64,000 nt of DNA from Veleropilina oligotropha. Lineage: Eukaryota. Shown piece by piece: positions 21,038 through 33,172 of the stretch (its first letter is position 1; the number at the start of each line of letters is the position of its first letter). The position numbers and the translations under genes are program-made. Location of the stretch: NCBI GenBank assembly GCA_048128005.1, contig JBEUKZ010000062.1:186001-250000 (forward strand). Reading direction: 5' to 3'. Below the pieces are notes generated by a model. It made no database searches and was not told where the DNA came from. It worked only from the letters and a program-made list of their open reading frames with translations.

Positions 21038-21387
21038 GCAGCATCTACGGGACCCCACCCCTGCTTGCAGAAGAGCCTTCCCCGACCCGGTGGCACTTTG
21101 TTCTTAATTGTGGGGAAGCACCCAAGAAGGGGCTGGAGAAGAGGGAGTTCATGATTCCCAATACAGGAGGTCGGTTTGGGTTGAATCCAGCCCTGCTAAT
21201 GATCCACATGACGCCAGTCCAGCCGGCCGGGGGCAGCCCCAAGGCATGTTCCATGAGTAAGCTTGGCCTGGGGAGGGGCAAGTTGACCCTCGCCTTTGCC
21301 CTAAAGGCCCCGTGTGAGAACATATTTTATTTGAACGTTACCGTAGACATCGTGAATCAACAGGCTGAACAATACAGCCACGTATGA
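21034..21387 (+). CDS. Hypothetical viral protein (117 aa)
   Basis: ATGA overlaps with both neighbouring ORFs (21034-21037 and 21384-21387). Confidence 0.6.
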   Translation: MSSIYGTPPLLAEEPSPTRWHFVLNCGEAPKKGLEKREFMIPNTGGRFGLNPALLMIHMTPVQPAGGSPKACSMSKLGLGRGKLTLAFALKAPCENIFYLNVTVDIVNQQAEQYSHV

Positions 21388-21890
21388 TGGACAACAAACC
21401 CTCAGCGCCAACGCTGTACCCACAACTTGGTGGCGATGGGATTTCGGCACTGCCGGAGGCACAGTCTTTCCGACTACAGAAAGTGAATGAGCTTCAGGGA
21501 CAGCTAGAACGAGAGAGAGACACACGAGCTGCCCTGTACAAGAAGTACCGAAGAGGCGTTAATGTCATTGATGGGATCGATTCGGCCCTTGTCGTGGCGA
21601 CCCTTGGTATGCGTAGCGCCGGCATTGGTCTACTGTCCACAATCGTTGCGGCACCTGTGGTCCTAGTGCTGGCGTTAGCGGCGCTGGGGTGTGGGCTCGC
21701 GAGTATGGGTGGCAAATACATCTCCCGCCGCCTCCAAGTGAAGGCTAAGAAGCACGACGAGATACGAGTGCTGGCCGAAAGTAAGCTGAACACAATCACC
21801 GACCACGTCTCAAAGGCCTTAGCGGATGGGGAGATGTCTGATGATGAATTCCAACTGGTCACGGGGAGATGGAAAAATATCGGACATTGA
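21384..21890 (+). CDS. Viral membrane protein with a hydrophobic hairpin flanked by coiled coils (probable frameshift near its 3' end, ~21865)
   Basis: FRLQKVNELQGQLERE...YKKYRR, a ~45-aa hydrophobic stretch, then KAKKHDEIRVLAESKLNTITDHVSKALADGEMSDDEF. Confidence 0.75.
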   Translation: MMDNKPSAPTLYPQLGGDGISALPEAQSFRLQKVNELQGQLERERDTRAALYKKYRRGVNVIDGIDSALVVATLGMRSAGIGLLSTIVAAPVVLVLALAALGCGLASMGGKYISRRLQVKAKKHDEIRVLAESKLNTITDHVSKALADGEMSDDEFQLVTGRWKNIGH

Positions 21891-22068
21891 AAGCCATCCT
21901 GCGTCTCAAAAGTCTAAAGGCGCACACCGCGGTTTCACAGACCCAAAGCGAGCTTATTGAGCGTGGTCGTAAAGAGGGACGCGCAGAATTGCTGAAAAAA
22001 ATCGGGGCTGGCGACTAACCATCCAGGTCGATCGTCGGGTGGGGGACCCCCCTCCCCCGTATTAAAGA

Positions 22069-22530
22069 TTGAACTGGACAGTGATATCTGGACAAGCCAT
22101 GAAATCCATGAAATCCATGCTACTCCTGTGCATTGCCGCGGTGTGTTGGATAGCGGGTGCCACCACCCAGGGCACGTCGTCACGCAACACCGCATTAATT
22201 CTCGAACACACATGGGCTAGGTACCGCAACCACCCCAGGTATAATCCCCGATTCGATCCCTTGCGGAGAAACTTGCTACTACGCCTGGGAGACCCCCCTG
22301 ATGTCCCCCCACCGTCGTGTCACTACTATGTTATCGGGGAGAATGACTGTGGCCCGCCCACACCCCCACATACTGTCATATGTGTCCAGTGTGAGGCCCC
22401 CTCCCTATGCCCTGGCAAAAATGGGCAGTATTACACAATGCTATCTGGCTGCCTCGGTGCGTGGAGAAAAATCGGACACCTGCCGTCGTGCAACTGCACG
22501 TTAGCCAGTGGGAATTACATATTTATTTAA
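22069..22530 (+). CDS. Possible Cys-rich viral protein with an N-terminal hydrophobic segment
   Basis: Last ORF before the right end. Has a signal-like segment MLLLCIAAVCWIAG and several Cys/His residues. No recognised family. Confidence 0.4.
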   Translation: MNWTVISGQAMKSMKSMLLLCIAAVCWIAGATTQGTSSRNTALILEHTWARYRNHPRYNPRFDPLRRNLLLRLGDPPDVPPPSCHYYVIGENDCGPPTPPHTVICVQCEAPSLCPGKNGQYYTMLSGCLGAWRKIGHLPSCNCTLASGNYIFI

Positions 22531-22836
22531 CTAATGTAATTCTACACCCTCTCTCGGGTAGTCAACTAGGGGGCAGATCTCCGACTATACCCCACCCCCG
22601 CGTCTTTGCGATGGACCGCCCCGCCCCGCGGTGGCCTCGCCACGTCGCCTCGGCAAAGCACCGCGCGCACGTCGAGTAGGTCGCGTACGACTATCACGGC
22701 GCTGGGAGGCTCCCTGCATTTATTATTAGCCCATCGCATATATTAATATTTATGGCAATTATGATGCGAAGGTGCGCACGACTATCACGGCGCTGGGAGG
22801 CTCCCTGGCAAAAAGATTATTCTAAGCTACCCTTGA

Positions 22837-22913
22837 TTCGGACGGCGCTGGGAGCCTCCCCGGCCGCTAGTTGCCACCCCCAGCCCTAGGATAAAACGCC
22901 CTAGTCCCCCCCC
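22837..22913 (-). repeat. Right terminal inverted repeat (ends ...CCCTAGT-C8)
   Basis: Reverse complement of 7630-7708. It is preceded by two subterminal copies of GACTATCACGGCGCTGGGAGGCTCCCTG (~22689 and ~22780). Confidence 0.93.
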
Positions 22914-24560
22914 ATTGTAATAGGTTTTTAAATAGTAACATTAAAGAGCTTCTTTTGATCATCCTTGAAGTTGATGGCTTTCCTTATGAATAATACAGTT
23001 TTAGCATCCATGAGCAGATGGTTCACCAACTTGCACTGTTTCTTGTATGCTTCGTAATTGGTGAGTTTGCCAGATTTATTGCAGCATCATTCTATACATC
23101 GTTTAATTACTTCAGCTTGGCGGACGTTGGCATTGCACCAGTGCATATTCGGTCTTGTGATGATCGCTTTAATCCCCTTTCCCACATACACGATTTTTGC
23201 TACGGTAGAACTCGATTTTTAAATTATTAAAAATCTTGATACACCGTATCAATTCGAACTAAAAAGTTCAAGGACAATTCCACTTCTCAGTCCAGAAGCA
23301 ACCATAACGTGGCCAAGATGTTGTACGGTAGCAGTACGACAGTGTTACGAATTATTACAGTAGAGTTACGATATCGTCAAGATTTGTCACGGCGTACTAC
23401 GAAATGTCAAGATTGTACTACGGCATCAGTGCGGTTTCACAAGACGCCAGTACGACGTCAGTATGATTTAATAAGATGCCTGTACGATTTAATTAATCAC
23501 ATGACGAAAAAGACGCGCACTAACTTCATTTAACGCTATTCGGATGTTGTCGTCATATAATTATTCTCATTGCTTCATCAATGTTAAATAACAATAACTT
23601 TATCCTGCGTTCAACAAGAGTCATACGATAACTTATGTCACGTGATACAAAACACGTTCTTGGTCCAGTCTTGCTGGCGTCTTGTTCAAGTCGTGCTAGG
23701 TCGCATTACCACCGTTCTGGCACCGTAGCGAAGTCTTTGCTTGATGTAGGTGTTGTGGCCACTACGAATGAGTACGAATGAACAAGACACCGTCACGACA
23801 CGACAACGTTGCGACTCTCATTCGATGCTCCGCGGTGGTCCACCATTGTTTTCGCAACTACGGTACGCACGTTAGAGCAATATTTTTTGGAACATTTAAA
23901 AAAAATCGTGGTTCTTCACGGTGCCATCACGATTCACTACGGTGCGCTACGGCTGACCACGATTGAACAAGAACATGTGTGCGACGCCGTAAAAATCGTG
24001 CTCCACCATATACAAAATCGTGTATGTGGGAAAGGGCCTTTTGTGATCGCTGGAGCATGATTGTCAATGATATGGGTAATATGTTATGTTTAACGACCAA
24101 GGGAGGTAGGCTCATTTCTTGTGAAAAGTCGATATGCTTTAGGTCTGATTTAAACTTTAAGTCTACGGTAGCGAATGGTGCTGGTCTTTTCATTTTTAAG
24201 TCAAATGAAATAAGGAAGTGTTCCGATATCGGACATTCCACTGTTTTAGCATTTTGTTGAAATTTTTTGTTGCCTTGTGGAGTTATCACACCGTGATTAC
24301 TTTTATGTATTGGATCTTTCATAACTTTCGTGAGTCCGCACGGTGCTAGTAGGGGGTTGAATTTGATCACATCTGGATGTTCAACTTCATCCAAGTGTAA
24401 ATGAACATCACCAGAAGTCGAAGCGTTTACCAAAAATTTAGAAAATTCTTCTGGAAACTGATCCGCACTTTTGTGTTGTGTTGATTTGTCTCATATGAAT
24501 ATCGCTTCAATAACTTCCAAAGTGTACTGCACTTATTCGATGTTAATACCTTTATTTTGA
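22914..24560 (-). mobile_element. Degenerate L2-like LINE ORF2 fragment (endonuclease end and linker), interrupted by a MITE
   Basis: The minus strand reads GDVHLHLD...ISEHFLISFDL (like GDFNIH/SDH) and YKKQCKLVNHLLMDAK...DDQKKLFNVT. Confidence 0.65.
23172..24040. mobile_element. MITE with TIRs CCCTTTCCCACATACACGATTTT / AAAATCGTGTATGTGGGAAAGGG
   Basis: 23-bp perfect inverted repeat at ~23176 and ~24014-24036. No credible coding capacity. Confidence 0.75.
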
Positions 24561-25156
24561 GATTTGAGCGATGCAGATGCCAGGAGTTATCGGGATCTTC
24601 GCACTAATTGTTCTAGCACGAGCCGTCATGATTATGACATTTGTTTGACGGCTTTTCGGTCATAATCGTTTGCAAGGTCACAGATCGCGAAGAAAAGTTT
24701 CGCTGGGCACGCCCAACTTTGTGACAATTTTAAACTGTAGTATTTTGGAGTAATTTCCCTGTTTTATTTGTGTTAACTGCCTTAGAATATATTTAATGTT
24801 TGTCTAATGATAATTCTAGTAGGAATATACGATTTCATGACTGCCATATTTGACCTGTAATGCCGAATAACATTACGTCAGGGCAACGCCCTGCTTCCTA
24901 CCAATCACTTCACTCAAATTAGAATCACCAATCACATATTCATCTCCACAGATATTGATTGGTCAAAAGTACTTCAGTAATTCGCACCACTGCCTACGTG
25001 ACATACTTCAGGTCTGGTCATTCAACTAAATAACCTTGCGTCTGGGATTCTGCTAACCACCGAAAATACGACCAACATATCTCACGAGGCGCAGCTTAGA
25101 CAACATATACGTCAACGCTTAACATACACATTATTAAAGGTCTAAAGGTCTTTATC

Positions 25157-25800
25157 ATGTTACTATATTTTAAAATCCTTCAAACTAAGTATAAGGCACT
25201 GCATGGTTTAGCTCCTGCCTATATATCTGAGCTTATTCATCAAATGGAACCAAACCGAAGATTACGCTCAAACATCAAAACACAACTTCTACCATTCAAA
25301 ACAACAACAAAATCGTATGGCGGACGATCTTTTTCTGCTGCTGCACCAACGTTATGGAACTCTCTACCAACCGACATCCAGAACGCCACAACGGAGAATT
25401 CGTTCAAATGTAAATTGAAAACATTTTTATTCCCGAAGTAAACTACCAGTCTTATATCTGCTCAATCAACATAGTTTCTTTTTTAACCTTAGCAATATAA
25501 CTATAGCCTACTCATTTCAAAATAATTTTTATACTTTTAATTTTTACTTACTTTTTATTTTTAAATTATTTTACAATACCTTATACTACGTAGATGACTT
25601 GGTTTTAATTTAATACATTTAAACTTTATGTATGACGAATTTTTGTGTTTAACTTAGTCGTCTTATATTTTAAATGTCGTATGATATTTATTTTATAGTT
25701 TGCATGTCTTTTAGCATGCTTAGCATTTTATTCATGTAAACAGCATTGAGACGGTTTGTGTAATGCGGTTTTAAGAACAGTTTGTTATTATTATTATTAC
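25157..25800 (+). mobile_element. 3' end of an L2/CR1-like LINE with a (TTA)n tail
   Basis: YKALHGLAPAYISEL...YGGRSFSAAAPTLWNSLP...FKCKLKTFLF is the typical L2 ORF2 C-terminus. Confidence 0.85.
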
Positions 25801-26114
25801 TAGCATTCGTAGATTATATTAATTATTACACCAACTATTAGGCAGCAAAGGCCACACGCGTATGGGTATTCCGTATATTTGCAACATTGAAATTATGACA
25901 ATATAGAATTAAACACTACTATTATAGTTCAACACCTTAACCTCTTAGCCGATCTCAACTTCATTTTGTAACACATGATCACTCGTGTAACCAAGCAATA
26001 GCCTATAGTCGTAAAAATATTTGTTTAAAGTACGCCTGCCAGTGAAATAGCTAAGCTATAGATATTCATTCACATAGTACGTGATTTTCTACATTTATCT
26101 TTTCTGTTTATCAG

Positions 26115-26399
26115 CTCCAAGCGATCCGTCGCTGACCGCTGTTGTCACCGATGGTAGCATCACCGGAACAATCATGAAGGGTGTCGGAAACGTTACGCAA
26201 TATGTCGTCAATCTAGAGGAATACGATGGTTTTTCTTGGGCTGTCAGACTTAATCAATCATTGAACTCAACAGCGGATGACATTACTTACAACTTCAGTA
26301 CATCATTGACTGCAGGCGGCAGCTATCGAGTGGGCGCGATAGCAGTCTCATATGCTTTAATCGAAAGCAAAAATGTGAGGAGTACGCAAGTCAACATCC
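26115..26399 (+). CDS. Host exon encoding one fibronectin type-III-like domain (285 bp, phase 1-1)
   Basis: Polypyrimidine tract and tcag| acceptor, |gtaagt donor, open frame with LTAGGSYRVGAIAV. Paralogous to the exons at 44306, 48105 and 52022. Confidence 0.85.
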
Positions 26400-26552
26400 G
26401 TAAGTAATATAAGTACAGCAGTCGTGAGCAGGCCATATCCGTGAGTAATATAAGTACAGCAGTCGTGAGCAGGCCATATCCGTGAGTAATATAAGCGCAT
26501 CAGTCGTGAGCAGGCCAGGCCATATCCGTGAGTAATATAAGCGCAGCAGTCG
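26396..26552 (+). repeat. ~41-bp tandem repeat (3-4 copies) starting at the exon donor site
   Basis: Unit GTAATATAAGTACAGCAGTCGTGAGCAGGCCATATCCGTGA. Confidence 0.85.
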
Positions 26553-27970
26553 TCAGCAATCCACATCCATATTGTTATTACAAAATGACGTATAAATCAG
26601 CCTGGTGATTAAGATGCTGAACTTTTTAATACAAGTATAATTATTCAGAATATTTCAAAATTTCTAAATGTGTATTTCAAATAGTCAAGTACTGTTTTAT
26701 TTTAATATTTTATTGATTTCACTGTCGCAATGCATTTGAAACACAAATTTAGTAAACTAGGTCTTCACACGGCTTGGTGTAATTGACTAATATAATTAAT
26801 GATCTTGCCCAAAGATTATTTAACATCGCGTTGGTCCTTTGGTAGAAACAGACTACCATCACTGGGTAAAGCTGTTGTTCAAATTAATTACCGGGACTAG
26901 CAGCATGCAAAAGCGTCGCTAAACAAGACAGAATTATATTTGAGCAATAATTAGAATCAGTGTGAAATGAATACGTAATAATGAATAAGTAACAGTGTAC
27001 CTTTAGTGGATAGTATCAGGGCGTTGTCCTTGACGTCACTTCCTCCTAAATGAAGTGCGGGTTTTGAATGTTAGTTTTCGGACAATGATGTAATAGGAAG
27101 TTATGGATTAGTTGACCAAGGCTCATATTGTACACATGCGTTTGTACACATGTATTCATCGCCACTATGGACTAAATACATTGCGCAATATACTAGAAGC
27201 AATATCGGATTATCGACTAAGACTACTTAAAATTAAGTTATGAACAGCTCTGGATTCAACGCCGCGAATGGCTAATACTCTCATGTGTTAGCAGAACTGA
27301 TTTTCTGGAAGATTTTCCGAAAGTTACGGGTCGTGAAGATATTAACATCTTAACAGCTACGACGACTTGCTGATACCTTGAAGTCATGCAGTCGAACACT
27401 CTGGTAGCACGAGCTAGATGTCGCCGATGGAATCCCAGCCATCCCGCAACGGTAATGTCACTTGACGCCGAAGCGTGAGATGAACATTATTATTTATCTA
27501 GAGATGTCTCGATAAGATCTAGATATATCCGACCTTCATTTAAAATGAACATTAACATTCATAGCACCACGGTAGGTTGTCTACTGCCGTTTTCAGAACA
27601 GTTCATCATTATATTTGAATTATGTATAATGTATATACATATATAAGAAAGTGTTTAATAAGCTTTATCACGTAGTCAATACCTGGTAATTGGAGAGCTT
27701 ATACGCTCTTTATTTTGTTTGAAATTTGTATTATAGGTGCGATGGAGTTGAACACTTTTGGTCCTTCATATCTAATTGAAAATGTCCTTATATTTTCTCG
27801 ATTTCTAATGATGTGATAGTTTATGGATCCTTTTGATTCATCAATATAGACATGTTAATTTGTGAAATATGTCTTGAAATAAAACAGTCTTGAAATGTGT
27901 GCTAGGTAGGATTTGATTTTTGTAGCAGTGCATGAAAATATCAACTTTCAATTTATGGATAACATATATA

Positions 27971-28187
27971 CCGTCATCGATAGCTCAACTGGTTAGAGCG
28001 TCATGTGGGACGGTAGGATGTGGGTTCAAGCCCGCCTGACTTATTCTAAGGCTTAAAACTAATATATGGCATATCCTTAATGTATGTCGTCAGATCGGAG
28101 TGAGACCTTAAACCGGGTGTCCCGACCACGTTAAGGCTGAAAAATTGCCAAAGGGGTCGTAAAGCAAAGTTGTCAACTCAACTCAAC
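27971..28187 (+). mobile_element. tRNA-derived SINE with a 13-bp TSD (GATAACATATATA)
   Basis: A box TAGCTCAACTGG, B box GGTTCAAGCCC, (CAACT)n tail. TSD at 27958-27970 and 28188-28200. Confidence 0.8.
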
Positions 28188-28199
28188 GATAACATATAT

Positions 28200-29200
28200 A
28201 GTCAGGCGCTCTAATTTGGAACATATTGGTACTGTATGATCCAGTCAATTGGACCGCGCAACTACTCTAATAACCAGTTTTGTAATTTAAAACATGTTTT
28301 AGGCTAGAAGGATAGTGGCTGCCCCAGACAATATTACAGTATGACTAATATGGCATAATCATGGTAGAGTGTAGAGTTTTGAGTGTGCATAGCGGGACTT
28401 GTACCTATACCTATATATTTTTCCATCTATTGAGCTACTTCGGGACTTCGGAGAGGTGTTGTAGATGTTGTGGATTTTCATCAACAACAACGCCAAGATA
28501 TTTGGAATACTTCACCTGCTCTACAGAGAGCTCGTTTATTTTGAAAATAAATCTTATATGGCGTATTTCTTTTTGTGATGATAGATGATCATATATTCGG
28601 TGTCTAAGGATAATTTGTTAACTTTAAACCATAGTGACAATTTATATAATTCACTATTGACAGTTGATATAAGTTGTGTCAAGTTAGAATGATACGATTT
28701 ATGTGGATAAGTTTGAAATCATTTCCCGAATCTGTGCCGCTCATAATTGTGCTGTATTTTTGTTCAATAAATAATTATATTGAAATGTTAGATTTGAAGT
28801 AGTTTACAACGGGATCAATGTCTTCGTCGTTTAGTAATGACATATGGTCATTCAGTAAAAAAGAATTGAAGCAGAGATCTCCGAAGAATCCTGGGTTAAT
28901 GTTAGTACGCTCACCAAGACTATTTTCAACTAAAGCAATATGAAATTCATAGGCGGATTCAATTGAATTGAATGGAAGTATATTTGATAAGCAAGAAGTA
29001 CATGACCAGGTATTGACATTGTGATTGCTTAAGATAGCATCTAGTTCCTCTTTATTAATTTGGGTACATTTAGCATGAAAGATGAAATCGCAGTACGTGC
29101 ATTTGATACATTTTTTGTGTTTTTGCATGGTTTTTTGCATGTTGGGAACATAGCATATATTGTAGACATTTAATGCGAGTTTACAAATAAACAACTAAAT
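28200..29200 (-). mobile_element. CR1-like LINE fragments (PHD-finger region and degraded RT C-terminal part)
   Basis: PHD-like CIKCTYCDFIFHAKCT...WSCTSCL in ORF 28775-29194. The minus strand near 28480-28520 reads KYLGVVVDENPT. Confidence 0.6.
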
Positions 29201-29578
29201 TAACACGGCTGATGTCACCTTTAAGAGGTTTATAAATAGGATAAGGATACTAACTTGGATCACACTGGTTTGGGAGGATCATTCCCAGTAAGTGTAAATA
29301 TTTAAATTGGGTAGTAGATACATTATTAGAAAGCCGTTTTATATAAGATAATAGGTCTCCCTATAATATAATTGTGGAGTGACGGGTATGATATATAAAT
29401 TGTGTCATATCTACACGAGCGAAAACAAACCGTCATCATAATCGGCCTAAAATAATGTGACCCTGCGTCTCTCTATTACTGTGTGACACAAGGTTCCGTA
29501 TCAGATCCTATTCTGTTTCGATGTATGTCACACGCCCTTAGCAGAGAATAAGGCCTCCAAATACAATATGTTCTATCA

Positions 29579-32510
29579 TTAGGGCTTCAAGTCTTATGAA
29601 AGTCTTGAAGACCTATTGAAATTGTTCCGTTTATTAGAGCTTCAAGCCTTATGAAAGTCTTGAAGACCTCTTGAAATTGTTCCATTTATTATTATTATTA
29701 TTATTATGCCACGTTTTTCCCCCCAGAGGTAACTTGAAAACGACAATAGCGAAGGATCTGAAACTTTCACATAACGTTGGTCTACGAGCAAGGCAAGACA
29801 GCGCAAAAATTGACTTCGTAGTGCACGTTGTTCGGCCGCCATCTTGAATTTAGTAAAAGTTTAAAAAATCTTCTTCCCAAAAACCGCTGATGACAGCGTG
29901 GCAAGACTATCCAGATATCATTGACGTATTAAGGCGAGTTTAAATTGGAAGCGAAAAAGCGATCGGTCGCAAATGGATGCCGTTGCGGGCGTCTGAATAT
30001 TGCGAAAACACAGGTTTTTTTCAACACTTTTAAAATATACGATAGCTCTTATTCCGTTGTAACTATTCGGTGTAACTATCGCTGAGGGGTGGGTGCCCAC
30101 GCTAAGTTCTGTTTGCCGCAAAGAGATCGTTCATGCGACTTGTTGTTACGTCAGAATATTAAATTTATTAAAATACTTAAAATGCCATTTCGTCATTACT
30201 TGTTGGTCCGTGTGAAGTGAATATCGACAGGTACCGACGTCATAGCATCTTTATACTGTGAACGAAAAGCTGTCAGCATACACACATGACGATTTCAGTT
30301 TTAAAATTTAAAACGGCTGCCGTTCCTTTAATTTTATGTGAAATTACAGTCAAAATAATTCATTTGATTCTCATGAAAAATCTCTAATGGAATATGTATC
30401 TAAAATATTGACAACTGCTCGCATTTAATCATAACATTAAATTTAAATTTATAAATTTAAAACGTTGATAAAACCGTTAATAATTGTGTCATCATGTTGA
30501 AATTTAAATTGCAGATTAATATCTGTACAATTAAGACATATTTCAAGTTTCATGAAATTTGAATCATCGATTGACCATTAAATGTTAACTTCATTTTAGC
30601 CTGACTGTAGAGTCATTAACACCATTCACAGTTGCTTGACAACTGAAGTCAACAACGATAGCCCATTCCGCCGTCGCATGTCAATTCAATGGTCGTTAGG
30701 TATATATCAATGTCACCATGTGCTGATATCAGGATCCACTGCTTAAAGGGATTCCGCACTACAAAAATGCAGAAATGGTCAGGTACGGGTAGGTAGCGCA
30801 TGGCCAACTCGGTTAATATTGCTGCTAGATCTTAGATATTTTAAATTAGCATAAACAAAAATTCGAAAAATAAAAATTATTTTCCAAAAAAAATTAAAGT
30901 TGCGTGACAAATTTAAATTTGCCTTAGCTCTTCTTCTGATTTGACTAGACAGTTCAAACTTCGCAGACGTATTAGTGCATATGATAAGTTACCTTTGCTA
31001 ATTGAAATTTTCGATTTGCCAGGTAAAATTGAAAAGCAGGAAGTGCCTAGGCGGTCATTAAAGCATTTGTTTCAAGTGGCAATATATCAAAAATGATGCA
31101 CCGCGGACACATGGCTACTATGGGGTCAGTCCATCATACCCTTCACTTCGAAGGTGCGGAATCTTGGGGTGTATCTTGACTCTGGCCTCTCCATGGAACA
31201 GCACGTGAATCACCTCTGCAGAATATGCCACTTTCATCTGAGAAATATCGGTTCTATTCGGCACCTCCTCACCAGAGATGTTACCGCTACCTTGGCAAGA
31301 ACACTAGTACCCTCCCGCCTCGACTATTGCAATAGCCTGTTGACTGGACTTTCTAACGACCAGCTTCACCGCCTTCAAAAAATCCAAAATACTGCAGCTC
31401 GCATCATCTCACGCACCAAACCTCAATCCCACATTACTCCTGTTCTCAAGTCGTTGCACTGGCTGCCAATACGTGAGAGAATAAACTTTAAAATTCTGTG
31501 TCTGACATACCAATCTATCAACAAGACTGCTCCTGCATACCTACAAGATCTGACTTCTCGGTACGTCCCATCGAGGCATCTCCGTTCTCATGATCAGCTT
31601 CTCCTGCAAGTCCCAAAGTGCAAGCTCAAAACATTTGGATCAAAATCTTTCAGTTCTGCCGCTGCATCGCTGTGAAATTCTCTATCAATGACACTAAAAA
31701 CCTCCCCAACTCTACCAATCTTCAAATCACGACTCAAAACATTCCTGTTTAATCAATGAATCTATACAGACTTGTTTTAAAGTGCTTCGAACGTGCCCCT
31801 GTGTGGTGTGGACTAATGCGCTATACAAATTCCCTTATTATTATTATTATTATGGGAAGTCATGGTTGATCTTCCACATGTTGACATACATTGCGGAAAA
31901 TGACCTAATTAAGGAAAAAGACATGTTTGGCGGAAAATGCTCAGGAAATGACCAACTCGGTTAATATTGATGCTAGAGCTTAGATATTTTAAATTAGGAT
32001 AATTATAAAATTCGAAAGGACAACAAAATGGCCGCACATTGTCTTTGAAAAAGCCAGAACTCGAGACATACGTGGCGTACATACCTGCAATTTGCGGCGT
32101 TCGATTCAGAATGGCCATATGTATATATTATTAAATTCAGACACGACACTTATAGATTGTGGGTGTGGAACGACATTCAAGATAGCCACCTCTGGGAGCT
32201 TCCTCGTGATCTCTCAAAATAGGTCATTTCTTAACGGCATGTTATCAAATTTGGTATGTGCATTGGTTTGGGAGAGGACACGGCACCTAGAGATTTTGGG
32301 TGTGGTCGGACCTCCAAAATGACCGAAGTGGCCTCCATCTTGGATTTTAAAGCATAAAGCCAGCGAGGCGAAACTTTATACATATGATGGACGTCTTATG
32401 ATGAAGTAATATTGCGAGCGAAAAATCAATCGGGCATAAGACAAGATGGCTGCGGGATATAGGACGCAATCATCTTGAAGCGCTCTACAGCTGTTTTGCA
32501 GCTTTAATTT
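29579..32510 (+). mobile_element. Helentron/HINE-like non-autonomous element containing a nested L2 fragment
   Basis: Starts TTAGGGCTTCAAG and ends CTTGAAGCGCTCTACAGCTGTTTTGCAGCTTTAATT (subterminal inverted repeat plus 3' palindrome). Shares internal blocks with 58228-64000. Confidence 0.55.
31125..31853 (+). mobile_element. 5'-truncated L2-like LINE with a (TAT)n tail
   Basis: VRNLGVYLDSGLSMEQHV...SRLDYCNSLL...LQKIQNTAARII...HITPVLKSLHWLPI. Confidence 0.9.
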
Positions 32511-33172
32511 CTATATATGTTGCATTTGAATCCCAAAAGCTCCGCCAAGGCAAGCCTAGACAAATTAGATAGCTGTGTTTCAGAGATCAAACATGCTGAA
32601 CCTCAATGATGATAAAACTGAGTTTATTATATTTGAGTATGAGCATACTCTTTTTAAATATAGCTATTGAACAAAGGGTCATTTCCATCGGATAAATGAC
32701 TCTAATATGGAGCTATAAATGTGATTTCGATGGTCGGCTATTTTTAAATTCAAAATTCAAAATGGCCGCCATAACGGCCTCAGTTCAAATGTAACATCGA
32801 TTTGCACATTCAGTGTGATAAAATGCTTCAAAAAAAATAAACCTGTAAAAAGACACATTTTTATGTTTTTATCACATCTGATGTGGCAAACATGAGAATT
32901 TAGTTCAGTTGTCAGTGCGTGATACATGGAAGTTGGGCATAATATCAATTTTATTTTAGTTTATATTATTTTAGGGTATACTAATGTAGATGCCTCTTGA
33001 TGCCAGTTTGGCATCGTTGAGCAATTTTTTCTACAGCCATTTTAAAATGGTCTCTCGGAGCACAAAATCGGTCATTTTTTGACAATCAGAAAAATAAAGA
33101 TTTTTCACAAAATCTTTAATTACCGTTGTATATTACATATTTTATTGTTACATTAATCACTTTTACTTGCAA

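Larger units (their letters stand above)
7630..22913. mobile_element. Complete endogenous Polinton/Tlr1-like virus (15,284 bp) with TIRs and a 4-bp ATTG TSD
   Basis: GC-rich, intron-less, gene-dense island in AT-rich host DNA. TIRs at 7630-7708 and 22837-22913. ATTG at 7626-7629 and 22914-22917. Encodes integrase, capsid-like proteins, packaging ATPase and a Pol-helicase fusion. Confidence 0.93.

Noticed and set aside
8463..22213. Numerous antisense or overlapping ORFs inside the virus (e.g. 9366-10034 minus, 14592-15095 plus, 19732-20094 plus)
   Set aside because: They are shadow ORFs of GC-rich coding sequence and overlap motif-supported genes.
21034..22530. Adenain-like maturation protease among the right-end ORFs
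   Set aside because: No HW...D...Q...CG catalytic pattern was found in these or any other ORF of the element. A profile search is needed to be certain.
7630..22913. Contaminant or mis-assembled free viral contig
   Set aside because: TIRs with a TSD, flanks that rejoin into one LINE, inactivating mutations and nearby relatives all indicate true germline integration.
27978..28040. tRNA gene
   Set aside because: It has A and B boxes but no complete cloverleaf. It continues into a SINE body with a tail and a 13-bp TSD.
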